From Callorhinchus milii (Eukaryota), in NCBI RefSeq assembly GCF_018977255.1, contig NW_024705388.1, forward strand, positions 1 to 49,348: a stretch of DNA of 49,348 nucleotides, in the 5' to 3' direction. A program made the translations under genes and the position numbers. Shown one piece after another: positions 12,301 to 41,449 of the stretch (position 1 is the first letter of the stretch; every line of letters starts with the position of its first letter). The notes under the pieces are model-generated. The model was given only the letters and a program-made list of their open reading frames with translations, was not told where the DNA came from and searched no databases.

Positions 12301-15300
12301 GGCGCATGCTTTGGCATGAGACTGCATGCACACGATGGGAGAATGAGGAGGATGGAGAGGAGGGAGGGAGGAGCGAATGATGTAGGCGCACGCCCCCCTC
12401 CCCCGGGGGCTCGGGTTGCCTGCTGCGCTTCGATTAATCAGCCGTCACGTTGTCGCAGTAACCCGCGCCGCGCACACCGCCGCTTTTGTCTCCGTGGTAA
12501 TCATGTTTTTGTTACATGAACGGGGGTATCGTAGGGGGGCCCCGTAACTAACAGGGGTGGGGGGCAGGGAGAAGGGGGGCGGGGGGGACACCAGCCGATC
12601 CAATTCTGAGTGACGCCCGAGGGGGATTTGTAAATTACAGGCACAGCTCATATACCGTTTTCAATTAACAAATCGCTGATGTGGCGAAAAGTCATAACAC
12701 CGCATTCATATTCCTGTCGTTTGAATGGCTGGTTCAGCGAATGGAATTTATATCTCGTCTACTACGTAGATTTTTTTTTTACGTACGAGTTTTATTTTAG
12801 GGACGTAATGTAATATTTGCCGATTAATATGGAATCTTGCTCTCATCCTGTACACTGGCAAAAAAACAACAACGAATGCATTTGTGGGGTAAATTTTTTA
12901 TCCGGGAGTCGTTACAGTTCATCAAGTTACAAGGGGTGATTTATTGCATTCCCACTTAAAATATCGGTTATGTAGCCTGCTTCAAATCGTACAAGCTCTC
13001 TTTCTCTAGTGGATCACAGCGAGCATCTTTTTATGCCACTGGTATTTGTGCAACACGATTGGACACGGGCCGTTTTTTTACGCGCGTTGGCATGCGCATC
13101 ACCACCGGCTGCTTGCGTGTAAACAACTGCCCGGGACCAGGATCCCCCAGCTCCGACTTAAGACCCTGGCCCCCGCCCCGCCCCCCCCGCATTTAAACAT
13201 GAGGGCGGGCAGCGCATCGCAAACGCCGAGCGATGCCGGCACACCGCCGAGAGTGCGTCTCTCTCTGCGGCGGTCACGGACGTCGCCGACGTTGCCGGCG
13301 CCTTCGCGTCGGCCCGACGAGAGCACCGGCGCCATCGCTCCGGCACAGCCCGGCAAGGCGTCCGAACTGCAACCTCGTTTCTTAATCTCTCTCCACCTTA
13401 TTCACCCCCCCCCCCCCACCTCGTTTCGCCGTGTTTCCCGACCCCCGACTTGCTCAGCGATGAACGACCTGGTCCAGAGCATCGGCTACTCGCTCTCAAA
13501 TTGGGTGGCGTCAGCGGCGATGGCAGTGGTGGTGGCGGCGGTGTCAGCGGTGTCAACGGTGGAGGTGGTGGTGGCGGCAGCGGTGGCGTCGTTAACATTT
13601 CCAGCAGCTCCAAGACCCTGGAAAGGCAGCAGCAGCAGCAGCCGGCAGGATTGATGCAACAACAGAAGCAGCAGCAGCAGCAGCAACGTGCAGGCAGCAT
13701 GGACGCGCTGGACGCGCCGGACGAGGGCCTCTCTCGGCACCGCCGGCGCGACCTCGGCTGCATGGCCTTCTCCACGTCAGCCGTCAACATGGTGGCCAGC
13801 ACTTCCACGCCGAGCCTTCTCCTTGCGCGCCGCCGCCCAAAGGGGAAGATGCCAGGTGGTGGGGGGGGGGGCAAACGTGTAAATCACGTTGCAATGTTTT
13901 GAAAAAAATGTCTTTAATGCACACTCATTGTGACATATATATATACGTGTGCGTTAACCCCATCGCGCACCTAGCGTGGCACAGCTTGTGTTTGTGGTTT
14001 ATAAAACCCTTGTGGAGCGTGCGTCCCTTGGCTTTTGTTTGTCTTTTTTTATCAGTGAGTTCGTCGTGCGAGGATTCGGCGTTGCCCAGTCCCCAGGAGC
14101 TGCATTCGTCCACACCAATGTCCAGCGCGACATGTACGTAGCCAACCGTGCGAATCGACCCCGGGCCATGCGTCGAGTACACCCACGAGTGGAGTGCCCA
14201 TCATGTTACATGAGGTTTTGACTAAATGCCAGCTCTGAGAATTAAAAATCTCGCTTTGACTGTCATACAACAAAGTTTCTCTCCGTAGCAGGGCGCGTGG
14301 GAAAGTGCTGCCACTGGTGTACATAAGAGGTCACTTGAAGAGATTTCACAAGAAGTTTTGTGATATCCCTGCCATTGACCGTTCAGTAACACGGGGCGAT
14401 GAGACTCCTCTGTGCGAGTTCCGAGCGGATTCATTTTGTGATGTTACGCCGATGGCACGATTGGGATAAAACTAGAGGGAAAGACACAAAAAAAGCCACT
14501 CTCGTTATTGATCTCGGTCAACAAGAGTTTGTTCCTGGAATATTCTTGTAATGATAACGCACCAATATCACAATCTATTGCCGTACGACTCGAGCCGCTC
14601 GAACCCTCGCCACCCTCCCCATCCCGATCCGCCCGCCGGAGCCACCGAGCGATTAAAACCCGTGAGCGCCGACCCCAGCGAACGCGACCTTTGTGATGTG
14701 TGCCGCTACCGTCACGTCTCCTCCACGAACCCGCCAGACGGCGGAGCGTGGGAGATGGAACCCGCGGGGGACGCGGGGGCCTCCGTGTGCGCCGCACCTT
14801 GCCACTCCTGCTGTAAGTGCAGCGCTGGCATCGCTGCGGAGGGGGGACGTCCGCCCGCTCCCAGCCACCCCCCCATCCTCTCCCCTCACCCCCATGCAGC
14901 CGCCTTTCGCGCTTTGTCTGCGCTTACCAACGCTTTTGCCCAAATGCGCCATCGCCTCGTTTGTTTTTGCGGTTTGTGTTTCTTTTCATTTCCAGGGCTC
15001 TTGACCGGCACCCGACGCCGCCGATCGAAGTGCACTGCCCAGTGATCGTTTGGGTTCGGTGGTTTAATCCGGCCGTGCGGGTCGTGCCCCAACTTTGCGC
15101 GTGGGCCACAGCAGACACTGGGTTCTGTTGGGGGTGGCCGAGACTGTGGTGGTACTGGAATTACAGGAAACATTAACGGAATGCATGAGCTCAGTGTGCA
15201 CGAGTACGCATTACACAAAGTAATCAAATCTCCCCACTTAACAGTTAACGCCGCCTGATAACAGAAGAGCCCCAATCGGCTGGCGTATCGGTCAACGCGC

Positions 15301-18300
15301 CCGCTCCAACGAAGGGCGATTTCCACAGCGATGTCTGCGCATGGCATGAAGCGGACCGCGCTGTTCGTTGTTACTGGTCCGACAAGGATTAGCGTTCCAC
15401 TGGAGCCGTTCCGCGTCAGGTGGCCCCGGCGAGCGGAGGATCTGCTGTGGGCCCGTCCACGACTGTGGGTGGTGCTGCGCTCTTTGAGCCGCGGCGTGCG
15501 ACAAAGGCAGCTTGACTCGAATGGAAGAGGGGAACGTTGCTCGGCTTTATCGTGGAGGGTCCGCGCCGAGGTTGCAAAGTTGTTGGACTTTAGTTTCCCG
15601 CCATGTCGCCACACCAATGTTCAGGGGTACGCTATTGAGGAACAGAAAGGTTTACAAATCGCGGTCAAGTGCGTCATCGAGAGCACTCTAGCGACACATC
15701 GCTACACGGACATTGTATGGCATAGCTGGGCCTTCAAATCCCACATAAGACAGGTCTGTGAAAAAAATCCAGGTCGAGGATCGCCGCTGCTGTACGAATT
15801 TGCAGGAACGACCTGGGGGTGCCCTCGGCTGATGCACTACGATCTGCCACCTTCTCGCTGATCTTAACTCGGTGGCAGTCGCTGGACTCCAGGATGGGCC
15901 CCGGGAGCTCGTGAACAAAACTGCTGGATGCACAGTTAAATAACGCACTGCACCATCACAACCGGGACGCTGAAACAACAACAATCTCCTGGTTCCCTGA
16001 TCTGGCGAACATTCTGCCACCAAATATCCGTGAAGACATCGCCCAAACTGCAAGGGGCGTTTACACATTTTCTTGCCAACAACAACCAAACCTACCCATC
16101 AACCAAGGCCTCGACAGTGTACCTTGATACTGACTCAAGTTCCGATGAGTCTCCACCTAGTCCAACCAGATCCAAAGAACGCCGGAAAACGCGGACGTCC
16201 AGAATAAATACTTTATCCGGAATCCAAACATCATCGCACCTCTGGCTTTTACATTCCTCCTCGAAGACAAACCGGTGCCACCATCGCCGCATCGGAACAT
16301 CAACAGGCCGATGCGCACATCTCCTTCATGAGTGGGAAATTAAAGACACGGCCACAGGAGTGTGATTGTGGCTATGCAACCCCAAACTATGGACCCAGAC
16401 AGGAAACCACTGTAGTCTGCGCTCCTTCAAGAATAGAAGACTTATTTTCTTATTCGAAAAAACTTCAAGCGCTAATGTCGCTCGCCTGAGGCACGCACAC
16501 ACAGCCTTGGCACACATCTGCAAGGCAAGAGCTGTCAGTCTTTTTTTGGGCTTGTGTCTTTTAAATCACAGAGATTGATTCAGCCCACCGATTCGCTGTT
16601 GTTGGCGCGTCTCTGGACGATCGGGTGCCCACCTTCCATCTCCGTTCGGGCCGAAAGCATGGCTTGAGGCTGCTGATGCTACACAGGTGTCCAACTCATG
16701 CATTCCCAGTTCTGTTTCATTCCTGCGTGATGTGTTCCCCATTCCCCTTTCCCTCCTCCCTTCTACCTCCCCTCCTCCCGACCTGGCTTAACTTCACCTG
16801 CCTTCCCGCTCGCCCGCCCGCCTGCCCGCTCGCTCGCCGCCGCTCGCCCGCCCGCTCGCCCGCTTCCCTCCATCAACGCCCTTCCACCCAAGCCTCCGGA
16901 TCTTCAAGCATAGACGGCAACCGCCGGGACAGTACAATAGCAATAACAACGCCAGCACGCGGGCCAGCAGAGGTAATGCCTCTCACCTTCCCTGTGCCCC
17001 CCCGCCCTGTGCCCCACACCCCCCACCCATTCCCAGCGTCCGCTTGCCTCTTCATTTGTTTCGTAAATGAAAGTCGGCTACTGCTTTGCCGCGGCAGCGG
17101 CGTTCTCTCGTTGTTTGATCTCGTAGTTAAAAAACCACATGGCCGTCCGCCATTGTGACTGCATTCCGAGTCACGCAATCTTTTTCTTCGATAAAACTGG
17201 CCAAATGTTTCTCGATGCGGAGGGCCCTCCTGATCGACAATAAGCAATGGTATTAATACGACTATTATTATTTGTAAAGGCTTCGCATCGACAGCGAGCC
17301 AGGGGCCTAACGGTGCAACGTGCGGCGCGGTTCGGCAGTTAATGGCGCGCCGGACAGCCCGGCGAGCGAGGAGCCGGTGTCTCCCAGGACGCGGGGACCC
17401 CGGCGCCGCCCATTTCCACGCAGGTGGCGCCCTCGCGCCGCCTGTGCCCGGCTTGCGGCAGAAGCCAGGGATCGGGTCGCCGGGCAGCGAGCTCATGACC
17501 CTCGAGCAGTTCCTGGAGGAGAGCAACCGCCTGTCGCCGACGTGCCTGGTACGTACGGCACCACTCTGCACGCCACCGCCGGCAACGTGATCGCGTGCGT
17601 GTGCTGTAGTAGTAGTGTGTAACGCACTGCTATGAACCCAGCTGCTTGCGTTCACTTCAATTCCCAGCCACGGCTGACATCAGCAGCGGCGAGCGATATC
17701 GGAGTGATATCTGAAATGACACGGCATGGAGATGCTTTATTCCAGCCAGAGAATGACTTAAAGGCCGAATTCAAGCCAAAAAGGGCATGCCAAATTGAGG
17801 CGGTCAGAATGTTACACATCCCTTGGTCTTTGACACAAATCCCAGGCCTGCAAATGAGCATCACCCCGTAGCACAATTGAGCAGCTGTGCTCCATTAATT
17901 TGGTGACCCGCATCTCGCAGTCCACTCAGGCAGGTCGTGCTTACGAGCTTGCCGTGACGACGCAGACTCCTACCACTCCTCACCCTCCAACATGACCTCC
18001 GCCCCCGCGTTCCCCCGTATCTCCAGCGCAAGGTCGTCAGCGAGGAGAACATCCTGGACGGGCGGGAGGAGCGGCCGGCGACGGGCGAGGCGCAGGACCG
18101 GCGCCATCAGCGCGAGCGCGTCGGCTTCGCCGCCCGGGACGGCGTCCGCCACCAGACCCGGGCAGTACGTGCGGCCCAGCCCCCGCAACGGCAGCGCCGC
18201 GGACGGCGTCAGCGGCGACGCGTCGGGACCGGGTCTCGACGGCCAGCGCCGGGCGCTGTCCGTGGCCGAGCGGCTCGACCGGCTGCAGCAGCAGCAGCCG

Positions 18301-18849
18301 CGATTGTCGGATCCCGACGGGTACCTGCACGGGAGCAGCACGCTGCCACGCAAGGGGCTCTCCCTCCGGGACCGCCCGCCGCTCGCCGACGACCGGGGGC
18401 CTCGCCGGCACGCGCCGCCTGCCGCGGCGAGGACGCCGGGAGCCCCGGCGGGGCCGTGGCATCGCCGCCGCCGCCGCGTCCCGGCTTGTCGGCCGGCGGG
18501 GTGGCACGCTCGCCCTCGTGCAGCGTGCAGGAGCTGATGCAGCACGACCGCGGCGACCTGTGTCGGTGGACGTCTCGCCCGTCGGCGACAAGGCGCCCTG
18601 CGCAACCGCCGCCCCGCCGGGTTCACAGAATTCCAGCTGCCGTAGAGCGGGAGGCGCGGCGGTGGAGGCGGTGACGGCGGTGACGGCGACGGCGACGGCG
18701 GTGCGCGTGCATCAGCAGGAGACGCACCCTCGGCTGGAGCGGCCGCAGTCGTTTAAAGTCACGGCCGTGACGGCGAAGTCGTTAACGCCCGAGTACCCTG
18801 CCGGCCGGTGGACACACGCCGCTTCTCGTTCGCCCCGGCGAAGGAGGAG

Positions 18850-18880
<31 letters not shown>

Positions 18881-19306
18881 AAGCGGCGCCACAGCCCGGT
18901 GGTGCGTACCGGGACGGGGGGCAGCGTCAGGAAATCGGCTACGGCAACGCAGATCGGATCGCCGCCGGGCAGCGGTGCGGCGAAGGAGATTGTGGTGACG
19001 CAGGTGCAGCTGTCGGTGGCGCCGCCATCGGGCAGCCTCATCGGCTGCAGCGGCCCGCGCCGAGACCCAGCGACATCGCCATGGTGACGCCGGTGGTGGC
19101 GGTGGGGCCGGCATCGGGGTCGCAGGAACGACGCTGAGCAACAACAGCAGCAGGCGGTGGCGCCGGTCGCCATGACGGGCACGGACGCGGCGGACGCTGG
19201 CGCCGTTACGCCGCCACCGCCCAAGGACGGCGCTCAGACGCCGCCCCAGGCCACCTCCACCCCAACGGACAAGCAGACCGTGTGGTACGAGTACGGCTGT
19301 GTGTGA
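30..19306 (+). CDS. CCDC88A: CCDC88 family (Girdin-like with Daple-type C-terminus), 3' part of gene; join of 18 exons listed below; 5' exons lie upstream of window
   Basis: Spliced translation has long coiled coil, [49 protein letters not shown] motif [11 protein letters not shown] and terminal TVWYEYGCV*; splice phases consistent apart from listed indels. A vs C orthology uncertain. Confidence 0.9.
858..1223 (+). CDS. CCDC88A: CCDC88 exon (coiled coil)
   Basis: cag|GAG...GAG|gtcggg; [16 protein letters not shown]...KKTLATLRE. Confidence 0.9.
1832..1959 (+). CDS. CCDC88A: CCDC88 exon
   Basis: cag|GAC...AC|gtaagg; [34 protein letters not shown]. Confidence 0.9.
2338..2642 (+). mobile_element. 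tRNA-derived SINE with V-domain-like core, copy 1
   Basis: B-box GGTTCGATCC, core TGGAGTTTGCATGTTCT...GTGGATTTT...CCGGTTTTCCCTCCACA; five related copies in window. Confidence 0.8.
3112..3253 (+). CDS. CCDC88A: CCDC88 exon
   Basis: cag|T...ACG|gtttgt; [34 protein letters not shown]. Confidence 0.9.
3844..4032 (+). CDS. CCDC88A: CCDC88 exon
   Basis: cag|GTG...AAC|gtacgt; [11 protein letters not shown]...[19 protein letters not shown]. Confidence 0.9.
4511..4672 (+). CDS. CCDC88A: CCDC88 exon (GC donor)
   Basis: cag|AAT...CAG|gcaatg; [12 protein letters not shown]...LQTQNAKLQ. Confidence 0.85.
5173..5450 (+). CDS. CCDC88A: CCDC88 exon
   Basis: cag|GTC...AG|gtaccg; [17 protein letters not shown]...HKELEDR. 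Confidence 0.9.
5951..6320 (+). repeat. G-rich minisatellite (GGGG[G]TGAGGGAT)n, roughly 29 units
   Basis: Directly visible 12-13 nt tandem unit. Confidence 0.95.
6391..6532 (+). CDS. CCDC88A: CCDC88 exon (apparent 2-nt deficit near 6513-6520)
   Basis: [15 protein letters not shown]...DYHR then DENDR in another frame; 142 nt where phase 2-2 needs 144. Confidence 0.85.
6798..6984 (+). CDS. CCDC88A: CCDC88 exon
   Basis: cag|G...GAG|gtgcgg; [11 protein letters not shown]...[13 protein letters not shown]. Confidence 0.9.
8362..8474 (+). CDS. CCDC88A: CCDC88 exon
   Basis: cag|CTT...AT|gtacgt; [20 protein letters not shown]. Confidence 0.9.
8590..8890 (+). mobile_element. Old SINE-like fragment
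   Basis: B-box-like GGTTCTAATCC; 3' part (AGAGGTCACTTGAAG) recurs at ~14300-14390. Confidence 0.4.
9065..9157 (+). CDS. CCDC88A: CCDC88 exon
   Basis: cag|A...CG|gtacgg; [30 protein letters not shown]. Confidence 0.92.
9674..9927 (+). CDS. CCDC88A: CCDC88 exon
   Basis: tag|G...A|gtgagt; [17 protein letters not shown]...[15 protein letters not shown]. Confidence 0.9.
11156..11233 (+). CDS. CCDC88A: CCDC88 exon (78 nt, symmetric phase 1)
   Basis: cag|CG...T|gtaagg; [25 protein letters not shown], matches Girdin ALKRLPFLRNRPKDKDKMKACYRRSM. Confidence 0.85.
13458..13855 (+). CDS. CCDC88A: CCDC88 exon (1-nt deficit at ~13503)
   Basis: [15 protein letters not shown] then frame change to poly-G/poly-Q and [16 protein letters not shown]; 398 nt where 399 expected. 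Confidence 0.85.
14056..14133 (+). CDS. CCDC88A: CCDC88 exon (78 nt)
   Basis: Strong pyrimidine tract, cag|TG...T|gtacgt; [19 protein letters not shown] resembles Girdin TTSFEDISPQ. Confidence 0.7.
15725..16420 (+). mobile_element. Decayed Vingi/Ingi-like non-LTR retrotransposon fragment
   Basis: Broken frames give [45 protein letters not shown]...CDCG..QTMD, resembling the post-RT region of Vingi elements. Confidence 0.65.
16893..16972 (+). CDS. CCDC88A: CCDC88 exon (1-nt deficit at ~16935)
   Basis: [11 protein letters not shown] / NSNNNASTR across a frame change; Girdin has SLDSGRTSTSNSNNNAS; donor AG|gtaatg. Confidence 0.75.
17280..17548 (+). CDS. CCDC88A: CCDC88 exon containing GBA (G-alpha binding and activating) motif
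   Basis: [22 protein letters not shown]; donor CTG|gtacgt; acceptor less certain. Confidence 0.85.
18027..19306 (+). CDS. CCDC88A: CCDC88 last coding exon with PDZ-binding motif; about 5 frame changes
   Basis: Collinear conserved blocks [57 protein letters not shown] (TGA 19304-19306) in alternating frames. Confidence 0.85.
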
Positions 19307-20611
19307 AGGGTGGGGGGCGGCGAGCCAGAAGATTTTAGGAGGTGGGGGGCGGCAGTGGTGGGGATGCCTGAAACTTAACTCGACTTCCCTAGAGCCTGCC
19401 CACCACCACCACCATCATCCCGCCTCCTGAAATCACGCCTTCCCAGCACGATGATTGAGCAGAGCGAAACGTTTTGTTTACTCTGGTCCGCTCGTGTTTT
19501 TCCAAAGCCGGAGGGAGGAGAGGCGCCCGTGGCTGGATTGACTTCACCGAGGGATCGCGGTGCATTGCCGTCGGTCCCTTGCAGGACAAACCTGATGGAC
19601 AACCCTGATGAATCAAACCCTTTGCATGAGAATTCACAATCCCCACCACCCCCTGCTTACACTACAGACGGACGGGCAGCAGCAGCACGGCAGTCGGGGA
19701 AGACTGGTGACGGACGGCAAGAGGACCCTTCATCTCGTTCTGAATCGCGACCTATATCTTTGCGGCGTTGCGTTCTTTTGCTAGTTAAAGTTTGCCTTTC
19801 CTTGACTTTCGTATTTTTTCTCTTTATCCGTGGCCATCACCAAAATGTAGAGCGTTGTATTGAAGAGAACGATGGGAGTCAAAATTTTAAACCAAGGATC
19901 TTGTTTTTGTGTCACGTAGGTTGTAGCCGCGAGTGTAAAGAATGCAAAGCAATAATGTGTGTACGACAGGGAGGGGCGCGAGGGATTTTACCCCCGGACG
20001 TTAGCCCTCCGTGTCCGTAGTTTACAAGCAACGCGTGATTGTAAAGGGAGAGCATTGCTTAACACTTCCAATCATCAGTCGGTTCGTTTTCCGAGCGCGG
20101 TCGTTTAAATCGTCTTCAACGCTAACGACAAATGCGGTTTGAAGCGCGCGGCGGGGCCTGTCCATTGCATCGGCTCAGTGACAATTAAACATCTAAATAT
20201 TTACCCAGGGGAATCTGGAGGAGTCTCGCGACCAAGTTTTAGGAGGTCAAACCGCACCGATTATATCGAGCAACGTTCCATTTCATTGAGACCTATCAAC
20301 TCGTGAGAGATCACAACCTTACCCCGTCATCGAGCCCTGTTTGTTGACCACCACCCTCCATTTACTTGAATGGATATCCGATAGTTAAATTAAACCGCCG
20401 TCAACTTTCGTACACGTCCATTTCATACAAGCAGTCGCCATTCGCTTGAACTGAGCCTCCTTCACCTACGTCACCCACGTGGCAGTGGCACAAACGCACA
20501 GAAGCTCATCTGGAACCCGCGTTGCGTGTTGTGATCGCGGCAGTGAAATTATGCGGCGGACGCCAAATGCATCGCTTGGTAGATCTCTGCACAGGCGCGG
20601 CGATTCTTTCA

Positions 20612-20850
20612 CATACCTGTCAACCCCTTATCAGTGCCTACCTTATACAGACCAATTCAGACCTTATTGGTCACCCCGTGCCCTTATAAATCTCAACGTT
20701 CATCCTACAAAGTCCCATCACAAGGGAGAAACACAAAGACAAAAGCAAATGTGTTTTTGCCCGTATTGAAACAGCTGTACACCGTATGGACCTGAAAACT
20801 CAATTTCCCTGTACAAGAGTACGGGTAAACTGTATGGGTTGACAAGTATG
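20612..20850. mobile_element. MITE with 15-bp TIRs, in CCDC88 3' UTR region
   Basis: CATACCTGTCAACCC...GGGTTGACAAGTATG; flanks CTTTCA / CATTCA. Confidence 0.8.
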
Positions 20851-20902
20851 CATTCAGCAGGATCATCACACATCAGCATCCCGATCTTCTTAGTCTATAC
20901 AT

Positions 20903-20990
20903 AATAAAAAAATATATATAAGGTTTACATTAAGCCTGTAGTTGTGACATGTAGCAATTCAAATCTGCTGGCACATGTGAGTTTAATAAA
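20903..20990 (+). terminator. Candidate polyadenylation signals of CCDC88
   Basis: AATAAA at 20903-20908 and 20985-20990, ~1.6 kb after the stop codon. Confidence 0.45.
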
Positions 20991-21324
20991 TTGTGAATGA
21001 ATAATTCCTCTTTTACACAAGAGGAATAAAGATGAGAATCTTCCAATTGCACCATGACGGTATCTCACATGTCGAGGAGAAAGTCACTACACGTCGTGGT
21101 ACTCTACCAAGACACGTGAATGATAATGATACAAAATAACCATAAGAATTAGTTAAGTAAGCAAAGAAAATAAATAACTTCCCACCGGTGTTTATAACAT
21201 GTGTGGGGATTGCCTTCAATCACACCAGACCATGTTGAGGGATCTTACGATAAAGAGTAAATGTCAAATCCTGCAAAAGTCAAACTAAAGCAACACATTG
21301 AAGCACCTGTTTGCCTGCACAACT

Positions 21325-21626
21325 AAACTAGTTTTAATTTAGCAGGTAAGGCCACTGAGCTATAACGGCTTTTTTTTTAAAAAACCGTTCTAACCACAAA
21401 TGATAGCTCAACGAAGCGGCTTGTCACGTGGAAATTTATATCAGCCAAATACTCGAAACACACGTTTCTAAATGTGCAGGGGAAAAACCGGAGGACCCGG
21501 AGAAAAATCCACGTGACCAGGGGTGGAACATGCAAACTCAAAATATACAGGTGTTAGTGTTGGGATTGAACCCACAAACTCTTGCATACCAGGCAAGGTA
21601 GCTAACATCTCACCACCATGGCGCCC
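21325..21626 (-). mobile_element. V-SINE-like element, copy 2
   Basis: Reverse complement of the 2338-2642 family. Confidence 0.8.
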
Positions 21627-21704
21627 TAAGAGACTGAGGGCAGCAGGAGAGAGATCCCACAAGCAATCCTGAATGGCTGTCTTGCGAGAAAATGTGGCAG
21701 AAGA

Positions 21705-21715
21705 TTTATTTTATT
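21705..21715 (-). terminator. Tandem AATAAA on minus strand; candidate polyA signal for the EIF2AK4 transcript
   Basis: + strand TTTATTTTATT closing an AT-rich, 3'UTR-like stretch (21700-22230). Confidence 0.4.
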
Positions 21716-22572
21716 GAAATTACATCCACCACTTTTAAACTTTTCTCTTCAAAAATGTGCTCATACATGCGATTGCTTATTTACATTGCCCGATTCTAGA
21801 CCCAGTGTGATTATATATTTAAAGGCTTAAAGCAATGCAGCATTGTACCACAGGATGCATTAATTACATAACAATGTAGTAATAGCACACTTAATAATTC
21901 TACAAATATCAGACCACAAACACAGACACCTCAAAACCTTACAATTTGCCATTTTAAACACACAAAAAATGGAAAGTGGGACAATACTAAAATTATCATC
22001 TCCATTAGTGGTAATCAAACAGTCGTGGAAATTCCACATTCCTATGGATAAAATTGTTTACATCTATACCTTTGTTTGTCTAATATAATTTTCCTAAAAA
22101 AATCTGGTAATGCCGCTGTGAATAACTACAAAAGCGTGTCTCCCATTCCGGTACTTCAGCCATGCAACCTCAGTGGAGCTGTTACATTTGTTTAAGGCTT
22201 TTTTTCTTCTAAATATCTTCATCTAGTAAACTGAAAACTCATTTCCTTTCGAACTGCTTTTTGTGTTTAGTTTGTTGTCCTTCCCCCGCACCTCCGAATA
22301 GCGCGGTTGGCTCCGTACGGTGCGAAAGAAGTTCAACACACGTACATCCCTCCATTACGGCTGATGGTACCAATGGTTTGTGAACCAGCCTCACCACGAA
22401 GCAGCTACCCCGACTACCCACGAAGTTATTTGCAGTTCTGTCTCAACAGCACAAGCGCAGGACGATGAGATTTCATCGAGATTTATTTTTGACTCATCGG
22501 AGTCGATTCTTAGTTCAAATGCTGCTGCCTGCCCTTGGTCCCAGTGTCACATGGGATAAGATCCCTCCTCAC

Positions 22573-40495
<17,923 letters not shown>

Positions 40496-41449
40496 CTCTG
40501 CCGCCGTCCGCCTCGCCACCCCCAAGGGGCCTCGTGGTGGAGCTCACGGACGAGGTGGACGCGTCAACATCACGGCCCTGAGGGGTGAGGGGGGGTACCA
40601 CTCCGTCCTGCTGGGACGAGATTCACTCTGACAGCGATGGGGAACCCAACTCTACCCGAGCTGCACTCTGCGTGGAACTCACACAACGTCGGCTACTCTA
40701 CCTGGGAACGTCGTCTCGCTGGAACTCTACCGAGCTCCCACGCTACCCGAGCGGGCACCCACTACCCAGCTGGAGGCTCGGCTTGAGCAAGGATCACGAT
40801 AAACAACACAATAGATGTGAAACTGACCCTGTACGCCGCTGTAAGTGGCTGTGGGGCTCACTACACCCGAGTCAGGGTCCACTTCGCCAGGGACGGGACT
40901 GACTCTAACCGTGGCTAAATTCTTTGTGGACAACCAAGTTCATGACCTGCGACACCCTCGCCTCCCCGGGACAAGCCCCACTGGGATGAGGCTTCCCTCC
41001 CCCTCCTCGCAGCAGCTCACCCGCCAGAGGGGCCGTGTCGTGCCTCCCCCCTTACCCCGTAAGTTCACACGCAGCAAGGCGCCCTGCTGCTGCTGGTGCT
41101 GCTGGGTGCTGCTGCTGGTGCTGCTGTGGTGGTGATGGTGGTGGTGGTGAGCACGAGAGAGAGGCCGCTGGCCTCACAGAGCTCCCGCTGTAAACCCGCA
41201 TGCGTCCCAAGCTCGTCCCACTGTACACGGGCAGCCACGTCGAATGATAAAACTACAAACACGGCTCGATATCCCACGGGGCTTGCTCAAACACTTTTCC
41301 TCCTTACATAATTAAACTTAAAATAAATACACTACCAAAGTAAACGTGTGTGTGTGTGTAAAATCCGCTAAAAAGGCAACGGCAGGTGGAGAGACGTGAT
41401 AAACTAAACCCCGACAAGTCGCCACGCAGCCCTGGCGCGAGTTACTGCG

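Noticed and set aside
18027..19306. Programmed ribosomal frameshifting in the CCDC88 last exon
   Set aside because: Five successive shifts without evident slippery heptamers; similar indels occur elsewhere in the window, so sequencing error is more parsimonious.
22079..22165. Minus-strand peptide FCSYSQRHYQIFL, faintly like the GCN2 C-terminal LYSYRDDYYRILF
   Set aside because: Only 4 of 13 identities, no suitable acceptor in frame and an upstream stop; cannot be separated from chance without a search.
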